DNA of 64,000 nt from an uncultured Alphaproteobacteria bacterium. GTDB taxonomy: Bacteria; Pseudomonadota; Alphaproteobacteria; HIMB59; GCA-002718135. Under the pieces are notes generated by a model. The model had not been told where the DNA came from and searched no databases. It saw only the letters and a list, made by a program, of their open reading frames with translations. The translations under genes and the position numbers were made by a program. The stretch lies in contig CABXSY010000002.1 in the NCBI GenBank assembly GCA_902514875.1, positions 12,083 through 76,082 on the forward strand, written 5' to 3'. Shown here in pieces: positions 1-8,105 of the stretch (position 1 is the stretch's first letter; each line of letters begins with the position of its first letter).

Positions 1-783
1 GCAGCAATTATTGTACCAATCAGGTGCCATTGTTCCAACTGTTTGTTTAGAATTATATAAAACACCAGGAGTTTGACCCCAATAATCAGTTGTATAATTT
101 ATTACACCACTCGCAAAAGCTTCTTCTTGGTATTTTAAAATGTCCATGAAAAGATCTTCATTCATTTCGAATTCACCATCTTCATTAAAGAATTTACCAC
201 CAGCTTGTTGGTACATACCAATAAATCTTAATTCAGATAGCATCATTGAAATACCATCTTTAGCTAAGATCTTTCCTGTTTCCATAAACTCATCCCAAGT
301 TTTAGGAACTGATTTACCATAACTTTCAAGAATACTTGGGTTATAGTAATAAACCATATAACAACCTTCACTCTCGATACCGTAAATTTCACCATTAGTA
401 TGAGTCCAAGCAGCTACCTTACCAGGATTCCATTGAGACATATCTCCATACATATCAGTTAGTGGCACAAAATTATCTGAAATGATATCATCAACCATAA
501 ACAATCCGAAACCACTGATCTCTATTCCTAGAAGATCTGTATGCTCAGAACCTGAAGCAATAGCTGTTAAACTATTTGTTGCCATGTCAGGAGTAACTTG
601 AAAGTCAAAAGTTATGTTATCATCTGGAAATGCAGCCTGCACTTCTTCTAAATAAGTATTAAAATAATCAACGTAGAGCTGGTTATGAGTCCACATTGAT
701 AAAGTTACATCTCTAGCATTAGAAGCCGATGAAAAACCAACTAAAACTGCGAGAGATAAAATTAAGGATTTAATTAATTTCAT
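1..783 (-). CDS. ABC transporter periplasmic substrate-binding protein, family 1 (sugar type); N-terminal 261 codons only, the gene runs off the window start
   Basis: Hand translation of the minus strand from ATG (783-781) gives MKLIKSLILSLAVLVGFSSASNARDVTLSMWTHNQLYVDYFNTYLEEVQAAF...TVGTMAPDWYNNCC. It stays open for all 261 codons to position 1. It has a Sec-type signal peptide followed by UgpB/MalE-like sugar-binding-protein sequence. The upstream SD is GGGAGGAAAAG (rc of 784-794). It is absent from the ORF track because the window edge truncates it. Confidence 0.8.
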   Translation of the reverse strand, partial: MKLIKSLILSLAVLVGFSSASNARDVTLSMWTHNQLYVDYFNTYLEEVQAAFPDDNITFDFQVTPDMATNSLTAIASGSEHTDLLGIEISGFGLFMVDDIISDNFVPLTDMYGDMSQWNPGKVAAWTHTNGEIYGIESEGCYMVYYYNPSILESYGKSVPKTWDEFMETGKILAKDGISMMLSELRFIGMYQQAGGKFFNEDGEFEMNEDLFMDILKYQEEAFASGVINYTTDYWGQTPGVLYNSKQTVGTMAPDWYNNCC

Positions 784-874
784 CTTTTCCTCCCTTTAAT
801 ATATCTTATAGAAATTATATTGATAAAAAAATCAAGATAAAAAAGCTTATTTAGCTATTAAATACAGTTGATTT

Positions 875-1702
875 TTAATTATTTGGTGAAAGAACTTTTT
901 CGTGAGGCATTACTATTTTCTTTTGAAATTCAGTAAGATTTGAAAGTAATTTTTTTGAAGGTCTATATGGGTGTCTGAAAAATCCCCAAGAAGGTCCATA
1001 TCTATAAACAACAATTCTTCTTTCTCCTTTATTTGTTCTTTTTGCAGAACCATGACAGAGTGAATCAACGAATAATAGTCCATCACCAGCTTTTAAAAAA
1101 ATTTCTTTTGAAGCAGTCATATTATCAGCAGATGTAACTTTCCCTTTTTTCATAGAATGTTTTTCAAATTCGGGATGACGTATATTTGATTTATGAGATG
1201 AAGGTATAATTACAGTACCACCATCACCAGGACCAATATCTTTTAGCGCTAATAGGATATTTACTTGACCACAATGAAACTTTCCTTCTTGAAATCTATA
1301 ATGATTTCTTTGAAGAGCTTCGTGATGGCCAGAATGAATGCCAATAGCTTCCCCCGGTCCTCTTATATTAGCAAAATTTTCATCAATAAATAAAGGGCCA
1401 TGATGTTGATCGAAAGTATCTTTGCCTCCAACAAAATGAAGCATATGATTAATCCAAGATGGATGATCAATTAATTTTTCAAATGGCTTACCTGCTTCAT
1501 AAATTTGCTGAAGATTAAGACCTTCTTTTCCACCATAGTTGTGACCATGAACATGTCCTGCCCATTCATCATTTTTTATATTTTTTAATTTATCTAAAAT
1601 ATTGTTAAGATTTTTTAATTCTCTTTTATTTAAAGCATTTTTAATTACTAAGTATCCATTTAGATCAAATAAATATTCATCAAGCTTAGAAACTTTTTTC
1701 AC
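875..1702 (-). CDS. PhyH-family (phytanoyl-CoA dioxygenase-like) Fe(II)/2-oxoglutarate oxygenase, non-canonical metal motif
   Basis: 275-aa ORF. It has the N-terminal LNGYLVIKNAL and the core VNILLALKDIGPGDGGTVIIPSSHK, with the distal His in LCHGS, all typical of the PhyH/ectoine-hydroxylase-like fold. Where HxD is expected the sequence reads IHSGHHE (see findings). Confidence 0.8.
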   Translation of the reverse strand: MKKVSKLDEYLFDLNGYLVIKNALNKRELKNLNNILDKLKNIKNDEWAGHVHGHNYGGKEGLNLQQIYEAGKPFEKLIDHPSWINHMLHFVGGKDTFDQHHGPLFIDENFANIRGPGEAIGIHSGHHEALQRNHYRFQEGKFHCGQVNILLALKDIGPGDGGTVIIPSSHKSNIRHPEFEKHSMKKGKVTSADNMTASKEIFLKAGDGLLFVDSLCHGSAKRTNKGERRIVVYRYGPSWGFFRHPYRPSKKLLSNLTEFQKKIVMPHEKVLSPNN

Positions 1703-1747
1703 AATTATATTTTGAAGTAAAAATTTATTCTTTTCAAGAATAAAAGT

Positions 1748-2812
1748 CTAATTTATGACTGCTTTAAAATCACCAGTTTTATATTTAGTAGCCATTTCAC
1801 CTAAAGAAAGTGAATTTATTGAAGATGCATTGCCGGCAGTGCCAAATTCTTGCAATCTATTTTTCACAACTTCCTTCATTGCATCTTTAGAAAGTAGTAA
1901 ATATTTACGAGGATCAAACTGAGAAGGATTCTCATGAAAATATTTTCTCACTGCAGCTGTAGCTGCTAATCGAAGATCCGTATCAACATTAACTTTTCTC
2001 ACACCATGTTTAATACCTTCTTGAATTTCTGAAACAGGTACACCGTATGTTTCTTTTATTTTTCCACCATATTCATTAATAGTTTTTATTAAATCTTGAG
2101 GAACAGAAGATGATCCATGCATAACTAAATGAGTGTTTGGAAGTCTTGAATGTATTTCTTTAATTCTATCAATTGCTAAAATATCACCTGTAGGTGGTCT
2201 AGAAAATTTATAAGCTCCATGACTTGTTCCAATTGCTATAGCTAATGCATCTACATTAGTCTCCTTAACAAATTCTGATGCCTCATCTGGATCCGTTAAC
2301 AGTTGATCATGATCAAGCTTGCCTTCTGCACCAACACCGTCTTCTTTTTCTCCGGTTCCAGTTTCTAAAGAGCCTAAACATCCAATTTCACCCTCTACAG
2401 AAACTCCTAATGCATGTGCCATATCAGTAGTTTCTTTAGTAACTCTAACATTATAATCAAAATCTGAAGGTGTTTTTTGATCATCCAATAAGGAACCATC
2501 CATCATGACAGAAGTAAAACCAAGATCGATACAATTTTTACAATCTGATGGAGAGCCACCATGATCTTGATGTAAAACAGTTGGAATGTCTGAAAACTCG
2601 TTCATTGCTGCTTCAACTAATTTTTTAACAAAAATTGGTCCGGCATATTTTCTCGCAGCACCAGATGCTTGCAGAATTACAGGACTATTTAACTCTTTAG
2701 CCCCTTCCATTATTGCTCTGATTGCTTCTAAGTTATTTACATTAAATGCAGGTACACCATAATTATTTTCAGCTGCATGATCTAATAGTTGTCGAAGTGA
2801 GATTAATGACAT
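1748..2812 (-). CDS. fba: Fructose-1,6-bisphosphate aldolase, class II (CbbA/Fba long type)
   Basis: [29 protein letters not shown]..., HQDHG, and the long insertion [32 protein letters not shown] are typical of class IIb FBA. I place the start at the ATG at 2812 (homologous N-terminus); the ORF track extends 7 codons further to 2833. Confidence 0.93.
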   Translation of the reverse strand: MSLISLRQLLDHAAENNYGVPAFNVNNLEAIRAIMEGAKELNSPVILQASGAARKYAGPIFVKKLVEAAMNEFSDIPTVLHQDHGGSPSDCKNCIDLGFTSVMMDGSLLDDQKTPSDFDYNVRVTKETTDMAHALGVSVEGEIGCLGSLETGTGEKEDGVGAEGKLDHDQLLTDPDEASEFVKETNVDALAIAIGTSHGAYKFSRPPTGDILAIDRIKEIHSRLPNTHLVMHGSSSVPQDLIKTINEYGGKIKETYGVPVSEIQEGIKHGVRKVNVDTDLRLAATAAVRKYFHENPSQFDPRKYLLLSKDAMKEVVKNRLQEFGTAGNASSINSLSLGEMATKYKTGDFKAVIN

Positions 2813-2857
2813 ATGAAATATCTTCTTAAACATTAAAAAAATTAATTCAACAATACA

Positions 2858-3991
2858 GTGAGAGAAATTTTTAAATATTCAAATTTAATTTTTTTATATG
2901 CTTTATCTCATAGTTATCTTGCAACTTGTTTTGCAATAGATCTTAAAATTCAAGGATACGAAGAACGCTATATTGGATTATCATTATCTTTGTGGGGAAT
3001 TGGTGTAATTTTTGGAGCAATATTACATAATTTAGTTAGAAAAAGATTAAATTTATTTTCTACAATTTTATATGGTTCAATAATTCAGTTAAGTTTTTCT
3101 ATAATTTTTTTAATTGATCAAAATACTTTTCTAGTAGCTATTATGCAATTTGTCATGGGAATAACAAGTGCAATTAATTCTTTAACTTTAGAAACATACA
3201 TAAGTTCAAAATTTAGAAAATCATCCGGATTTTATATTTCATTGTTTTGGTCATCAGCAGGTTTAGGCGCAATTACTGGTAGTCTTATTATTGCTATTAA
3301 TGGAATAAATAATTTTACATATTATATTGCCGTTATATTTTTCTTTTTACACTTTATTCCAATCTTTTTATTTAGATTTTCTATAAAACAAATTAGTGTT
3401 GAGAATGTCAGTATAAAATTATCCAAAGATGTTCTAAACAAAATTAAATATTTGCTTATGTGTGTTGTTTTATTTGGTGCATGTGATGCTGGTTTTAGCT
3501 CATTATTTCCATCATATTTATTAGAAGAATCATATAGTGATAAACAAGTTGGAAGAATAAATTTTTTAGCTGGATTAATTGCTTTAGTTTTTTATCCCTT
3601 TATGGGTAAGTTAGTAGATAATTATAATAAGACTGTTATTTTTAATACTTTTTGTTCTATTAATTTTATCAATTTATTTATTCTTTATTTTATCAGTGAT
3701 TTTTATGTCTATATAATTTGTGTAGCATTTTATTATTACACTATTGGAACAGTTTTCTTAATTACATTTAATATTGTAGGTAAAAAACTTGAAGGGGGAG
3801 TAATAGTCTTTGGAATAGCTGGTCACTATATCAGTGAAAATATTGGAAGTTTCCTTGGTCCAAATTTAATTGGTAATATCATTAATATAAATATTAATTA
3901 TTTCTTCTTAATATTTGTTTTTTTGTATTTCTTAATTGTTTTACTGTTCAATTTTAATCAAATTAAGAATGGTGGGCTCTCAGGGACTTGA
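2858..3991 (+). CDS. MFS-type transporter (about 12 hydrophobic helices), substrate unknown
   Basis: 377-aa ORF from GTG. I count about 12 hydrophobic segments by eye, with a central hydrophilic loop ([23 protein letters not shown]). The last 22 nt overlap the antisense tRNA at 3970-4046. Confidence 0.65.
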   Translation: MREIFKYSNLIFLYALSHSYLATCFAIDLKIQGYEERYIGLSLSLWGIGVIFGAILHNLVRKRLNLFSTILYGSIIQLSFSIIFLIDQNTFLVAIMQFVMGITSAINSLTLETYISSKFRKSSGFYISLFWSSAGLGAITGSLIIAINGINNFTYYIAVIFFFLHFIPIFLFRFSIKQISVENVSIKLSKDVLNKIKYLLMCVVLFGACDAGFSSLFPSYLLEESYSDKQVGRINFLAGLIALVFYPFMGKLVDNYNKTVIFNTFCSINFINLFILYFISDFYVYIICVAFYYYTIGTVFLITFNIVGKKLEGGVIVFGIAGHYISENIGSFLGPNLIGNIINININYFFLIFVFLYFLIVLLFNFNQIKNGGLSGT

Positions 3992-4046
3992 ACCCCGGAC
4001 CACCCCGTTATGAGCGGGGCGCTCTAACCAACTGAGCTAAGAGCCC
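3970..4046 (-). tRNA. tRNA with anticodon CAT (elongator Met, or Ile2 if lysidine-modified)
   Basis: rc = GGGCTCTTAGCTCAGTTGGTTAGAGCGCCCCGCTCATAACGGGGTGGTCCGGGGTTCAAGTCCCTGAGAGCCCACCA. The hand-folded cloverleaf has acceptor GGGCTCT/AGAGCCC, D arm GCTC/GAGC, anticodon stem CCCCG/CGGGG with loop CTCATAA, and T arm CGGGG/CCCTG with loop TTCAAGT. CCA is encoded. G1-C72 is paired and there is no G29-G31 run, so it is not an initiator. Confidence 0.92.
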
Positions 4047-4087
4047 TCAAAATCCCTTATAGATGATTATAAATATTTTAATAATAT

Positions 4088-4285
4088 TTATTTTTTAGAA
4101 TTTAGCATTTTTTTTACTGAATGATAAAATTCATCAGTAACAGTAAAATAAAAGCCATTTTCTTCATGTAAAGAATTATTACCACTTCCATTTATTGTAT
4201 GAAATTCTGTGAGATGTTTAAAAAAAATATTTATGTCTGGAATGGCATATTCTCTGCCATCATCACTTTTTATTATAAAAACCAC
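4088..4285 (-). CDS. Hypothetical small protein (65 codons if GTG 4285 is the start), last gene of the ABC operon
   Basis: A GTG lies 1 nt after the TAA of the upstream ATPase gene (mRNA ...GGT GAG TAA G GTG GTT TTT...). Translation is VVFIIKSDDGREYAIPDINIFFKHLTEFHTINGSGNNSLHEENGFYFTVTDEFYHSVKKMLNSKK. I recognise no family. The 97-aa form in the ORF track would overlap the ATPase gene by 95 nt. Confidence 0.35.
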   Translation of the reverse strand: MVFIIKSDDGREYAIPDINIFFKHLTEFHTINGSGNNSLHEENGFYFTVTDEFYHSVKKMLNSKK

Positions 4286-4286
4286 C

Positions 4287-5915
4287 TTACTCACCCACAA
4301 CCTCAAATGCTGACTGGACAAGTTGTTTAGTATATTCATTAATTGGATTATCAAGAACATCTTTTGTGATTCCTTCTTCAATCACTTTGCCATCTTTCAT
4401 CACTAAAGTGTAATGACATAAGGATCTAATTACTTTTAAATTATGACTAATAAATATGTAAGATAAATTGTGATTTCTTCTTAAGGATCTTAGTAAATCT
4501 ATTATTTGTGCTTGAATCGATAAATCTAGTGCTGATGTTGGTTCATCTAATAAAATAAATTCAGGATTTAAGATTATTGCTCTAGCTATAGCTATTCTTT
4601 GTCTTTGGCCTCCGGAAAATTCATGGGGAAATCTATGTAAGACACTTTCATCTAAATTAACTTCTTGAAGAGTTTTTATAATTAAGTTATCTTTTTCTTC
4701 ACTAGATAAATCTTTTCTATTAATTTCTAAACCTTCTCCTATAATTTGCTTAACAGTATGTCTTGGATTTAATGAGGAAAAAGGATCTTGAAATACTATT
4801 TGCATGTGTTCTCTAAGTTCTTTCATTTTTTGAGTATTATAATTTTGAATTTCTTGATCCTCAAAAATAATTTTACCGGAATTAATTTCCTGAAGTTTAA
4901 TTAATGACATTCCTAAAGTACTTTTTCCTGAACCACTCTCACCAACAATACCTATTGTTTCTCCATATCGAGCTTTTATATCAACGTTATTAACCGCAAT
5001 GAGCTCAGATTTTTTTTGATTAAAAAAATTTCCTTTTTTTAAAACAAATTTAACAGTACATTTTTGACCTTCTATTATATAATCTTTGTTTTCCTCATCA
5101 AATGGGTCGGGCTCACCACTTGGCTCAGAATTAATTAGATGTTTTGTATATTCATGTTTTGGATTAGAAAATACTTCTTCTGTATACCCTCTTTCTACTA
5201 TCTTACCATAACGCATTACACAAATGCGATCACTGGTTTTACGCACAACTGTTAAATCATGAGTAATAAGCATTATTGCCATGCCGTATTTTTTTTGAAG
5301 ATTTTTTAATAATTTTAAAATTTGAGATTGTATCGTTACATCTAAAGCTGTTGTTGGTTCATCTGCAATAAGTAAATCAGGTTTATTTGCAATCGCAATC
5401 GCAATCATGATTCTTTGTCTTTGACCTCCTGATAACTGGTGTGGATATTGATTTAATCTTTCTTCGGGTTGTGGAATCTGAACCTCATTTAATAACTCTA
5501 AAGCTCTTTTTTGAGCTTGAATTTTACTTATGTTACTATGTTCACGAAGAACTTCTATAATCTGACTTCCTATCTTATGTAAAGGATTTAAACTAGTTAA
5601 GGGTTCTTGAAAAATCATAGTTATGCTATCCCCTCTGATTTGTCTCATTTGTTCATCAGTAAATTTACCTGTCTCAACTCCTTTAAAAAAAATATTAGTT
5701 TTTGTACCAACTGTAGAATTTTTTGGTAACATCTTCATGATGGTTCTAGCAGTAACAGATTTACCAGAACCTGACTCACCAACTATTGCAAGTGTCTCAC
5801 CTTTCATAATATCAAATGAAATATCGTTTACGGCGTTAACCACACCTCCTTCAACACTGAATTTAATTTCAGCATTTTTTAGATCTAAAAGTTTTGTATT
5901 ATTTTGAGACTGCAT
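4287..5915 (-). CDS. ABC transporter ATP-binding protein, fused double NBD (DppD/DppF-type, YejF/GsiA-like)
   Basis: Two Walker A motifs (GESGSGKSVTAR, GESGSGKSTLGM), two signature motifs (LSGGQRQR, FSGGQRQR) and two Walker B motifs (LLIADEPTTALD, FILLDEPTSALD). Confidence 0.93.
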   Translation of the reverse strand: MQSQNNTKLLDLKNAEIKFSVEGGVVNAVNDISFDIMKGETLAIVGESGSGKSVTARTIMKMLPKNSTVGTKTNIFFKGVETGKFTDEQMRQIRGDSITMIFQEPLTSLNPLHKIGSQIIEVLREHSNISKIQAQKRALELLNEVQIPQPEERLNQYPHQLSGGQRQRIMIAIAIANKPDLLIADEPTTALDVTIQSQILKLLKNLQKKYGMAIMLITHDLTVVRKTSDRICVMRYGKIVERGYTEEVFSNPKHEYTKHLINSEPSGEPDPFDEENKDYIIEGQKCTVKFVLKKGNFFNQKKSELIAVNNVDIKARYGETIGIVGESGSGKSTLGMSLIKLQEINSGKIIFEDQEIQNYNTQKMKELREHMQIVFQDPFSSLNPRHTVKQIIGEGLEINRKDLSSEEKDNLIIKTLQEVNLDESVLHRFPHEFSGGQRQRIAIARAIILNPEFILLDEPTSALDLSIQAQIIDLLRSLRRNHNLSYIFISHNLKVIRSLCHYTLVMKDGKVIEEGITKDVLDNPINEYTKQLVQSAFEVVGE

Positions 5916-7023
5916 ATGGATCTACCGCATCTCTTATTCCATCGCCAAAAGCGTTAAACGCTAAAACTGTAAAAATAATCATACCTACTGGAGCCATCAT
6001 CCAAGGAGCATAGGCAAAACTTTGTATATCTAAAACCTGATTTAACATAACACCCCATGAAACCATGGGATGCTGAACACCTACACCTAAAAAACTTAAA
6101 AATGTTTCAACTAAAATAATTGAAGGGATGGTAAAGGAAGTCCATACGATTACATGAGATAATGTATTTGGAAAAATATGCTGAATCATTATTCTAGATC
6201 TTGAAGCACCTAGAGCTCTAGCAGCTCTTACAAACTCTAGATTTCTTACTAAAAAAGTTTTACCCCTAATCTCTCTTGCAATTGATGCCCAGTTTAATAA
6301 TACAATTATTGCAGCAAATAAAATAAACACAACTGTTTCATCTGCTCTTCTGGGTAAAAGTGCAACTAATGCAAAATATAATGGATAAGCTGGAAAAGAA
6401 AGAGCAAATTCTGTAACTCTTTGAGCAACTAAATCATAAGTTCCTCCAAAATAACCAGAACTTATGCCTACCATTAAACCAATAATTAATGATGCACCAA
6501 CTGCAATGAGAGCAAATAATAATGTTATTTGTGTTCCAACTAACATTCGTGATAACATATCTCTTCCCATATTATCAGTTCCTAAAAGATGTATATTTCC
6601 ATCATTGTTTCCAAATAATCTAAGATTAAAATTCATTCCAAAAATTGTATATTCATCACCTTGTATAAAAAATTTTATAGGAATCATTTCTTCAGACTCA
6701 GAAAAAGTAAACTCAAAAGTTTCCATGTCCATTTCTTCAATAGTTTTATAAACAAAAGGACGAAAATGAAAGTTACCATTGTTATCAAAAAAATGTATTA
6801 GTTGGGGAGGATGGTATAATTCATCTTGAACAACTTTTTTATAATTATGTGGTGATAAAAATTCTGCAAATACTGCTAAAAATAAAATAAATATAACTCC
6901 ATAAAAACCAAACATCCCATACCTATTTTTTTTAAGTCTTAAGTAAGATAGGTGCCAATGGGAGTTAACTTTTATATAATTATCAGTCTCTGCATTTAAT
7001 GTTTGAATGTTATTACTATCCAC
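5899..7023 (-). CDS. ABC transporter permease (DppC/OppC-like)
   Basis: 374-aa polytopic membrane ORF with the EAA loop region NLEFVRAARALGASRSRIMIQHIFPN. It overlaps both flanking genes. Confidence 0.9.
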   Translation of the reverse strand: MDSNNIQTLNAETDNYIKVNSHWHLSYLRLKKNRYGMFGFYGVIFILFLAVFAEFLSPHNYKKVVQDELYHPPQLIHFFDNNGNFHFRPFVYKTIEEMDMETFEFTFSESEEMIPIKFFIQGDEYTIFGMNFNLRLFGNNDGNIHLLGTDNMGRDMLSRMLVGTQITLLFALIAVGASLIIGLMVGISSGYFGGTYDLVAQRVTEFALSFPAYPLYFALVALLPRRADETVVFILFAAIIVLLNWASIAREIRGKTFLVRNLEFVRAARALGASRSRIMIQHIFPNTLSHVIVWTSFTIPSIILVETFLSFLGVGVQHPMVSWGVMLNQVLDIQSFAYAPWMMAPVGMIIFTVLAFNAFGDGIRDAVDPYAVSK

Positions 7024-8048
7024 TATGCTGCACCTCCCGCCATATCTCTAATTCTAGGATCTAAGAGTGCTAAAAAACAATCTGCAACAAAATTACCGAT
7101 TACCAATACGAGTGATAAAATCATGAAGATTGAGGAGGCAACATATATATCCATTGAAGATACAGAACTGAGCACTAATGGACCAACTGTTGGTATTGCT
7201 AAAACAATAGCAACTTCTATTTCACCTTCTATAAGATAGGATACACTTCTACCTTGGTTCATAATGATTGGATGTAATGCATTTGGAACACCATGCTTCC
7301 AAACTATTTTACTTTCCTTTAATCCTTTTGCTCTAGCTGTTTCAATAAATTGCATTTTTAAAACATCTAATAAATTTCCCCTCATCATCCTCATTTGATA
7401 TCCAGCCCCAACAAAACTTCCAACTGCAATAATAGGCCAAGTATGTAGGAAAAAATCCCAAGTTTTAGCTAAACTCCACCAACCTTCTTGCAGTACGTAT
7501 TCCTGAGAAAATAATGATCCGTAATAAGGAGAATGAAACTTAATTGCCCAAAAATATAAAATAAAAATTGCTATTATAAATTTAGGAATGGAGAAAGCTA
7601 AGAATGTTAAGACCGTGGCAATCTGATCTCCAATTTGATATTGATGAGTAGCGGCATAAACACCAGCAAGAATGCCAATCGTTACAGCATTAAAATAACA
7701 AATAAATGCCAGCAGTAATGTCCGCGGAATCCTATCTCCAACTACATCATTTACTGGTCTTTTTTGAACAAAAGAATCTCCTAAATCCCAATATAAAGTT
7801 ACATCTTTTACCCAAGTTAAATATTGTATGTATACAGGCTTATCTAAACCTAGTTTTTTTCTTAAATCTTGAGCTTGAATTTCTGCTTCATCTTCACTTA
7901 TTCCGCCAAGCATCATTGTCTGTCTTTTCCATTGATCTGCGTAATCTCCGGGCATTGCTTGAACAAGAATGAAGGCAACAAGAGTAATTGCTATTAACAA
8001 AGGAATAGTTGCTATTAGCCTTTTTAAAAAGAAAATTAGAAAACCCAT
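7023..8048 (-). CDS. ABC transporter permease (DppB/OppB-like)
   Basis: 341-aa membrane ORF with EAA loop QFIETARAKGLKESKIVWKHGVPNAL and C-terminal LLDPRIR, typical of DppB/OppB. Confidence 0.9.
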   Translation of the reverse strand: MGFLIFFLKRLIATIPLLIAITLVAFILVQAMPGDYADQWKRQTMMLGGISEDEAEIQAQDLRKKLGLDKPVYIQYLTWVKDVTLYWDLGDSFVQKRPVNDVVGDRIPRTLLLAFICYFNAVTIGILAGVYAATHQYQIGDQIATVLTFLAFSIPKFIIAIFILYFWAIKFHSPYYGSLFSQEYVLQEGWWSLAKTWDFFLHTWPIIAVGSFVGAGYQMRMMRGNLLDVLKMQFIETARAKGLKESKIVWKHGVPNALHPIIMNQGRSVSYLIEGEIEVAIVLAIPTVGPLVLSSVSSMDIYVASSIFMILSLVLVIGNFVADCFLALLDPRIRDMAGGAA

Positions 8049-8068
8049 ATTTGAAAATTAAGTTAATT

Positions 8069-8092
8069 CTATGGCCCATTTTTGGGCCATAG
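8069..8092 (-). promoter_or_regulatory. Intercistronic stem-loop between the binding-protein and permease genes
   Basis: CTATGGCCCA-TTTT-TGGGCCATAG is a perfect 10-bp inverted repeat (6 G:C pairs) with a 4-nt loop. It lies 14 nt after the binding-protein stop and 21 nt before the permease start. On the mRNA strand no immediate U-tract follows, so it looks like an attenuator or 3'-end stabiliser rather than a full terminator. Confidence 0.6.
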
Positions 8093-8105
8093 AAAATATA
8101 TATTA

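Noticed and set aside
1726-1742. A weak A/T-only inverted repeat (TATTCTT-TTC-AAGAATA) between fba and the PhyH gene, considered as a possible terminator.
   Set aside because: It is a 7-bp stem with a single G:C pair and a 3-nt loop. It is too weak to distinguish from chance in this composition.
4286-4381. The long (97-aa) form of the small ORF, starting at ATG 4381.
   Set aside because: It would overlap the ATPase gene by 95 nt, far more than any other overlap in the window. A GTG 1 nt after the ATPase stop gives a more economical model. Even the short form is low confidence.
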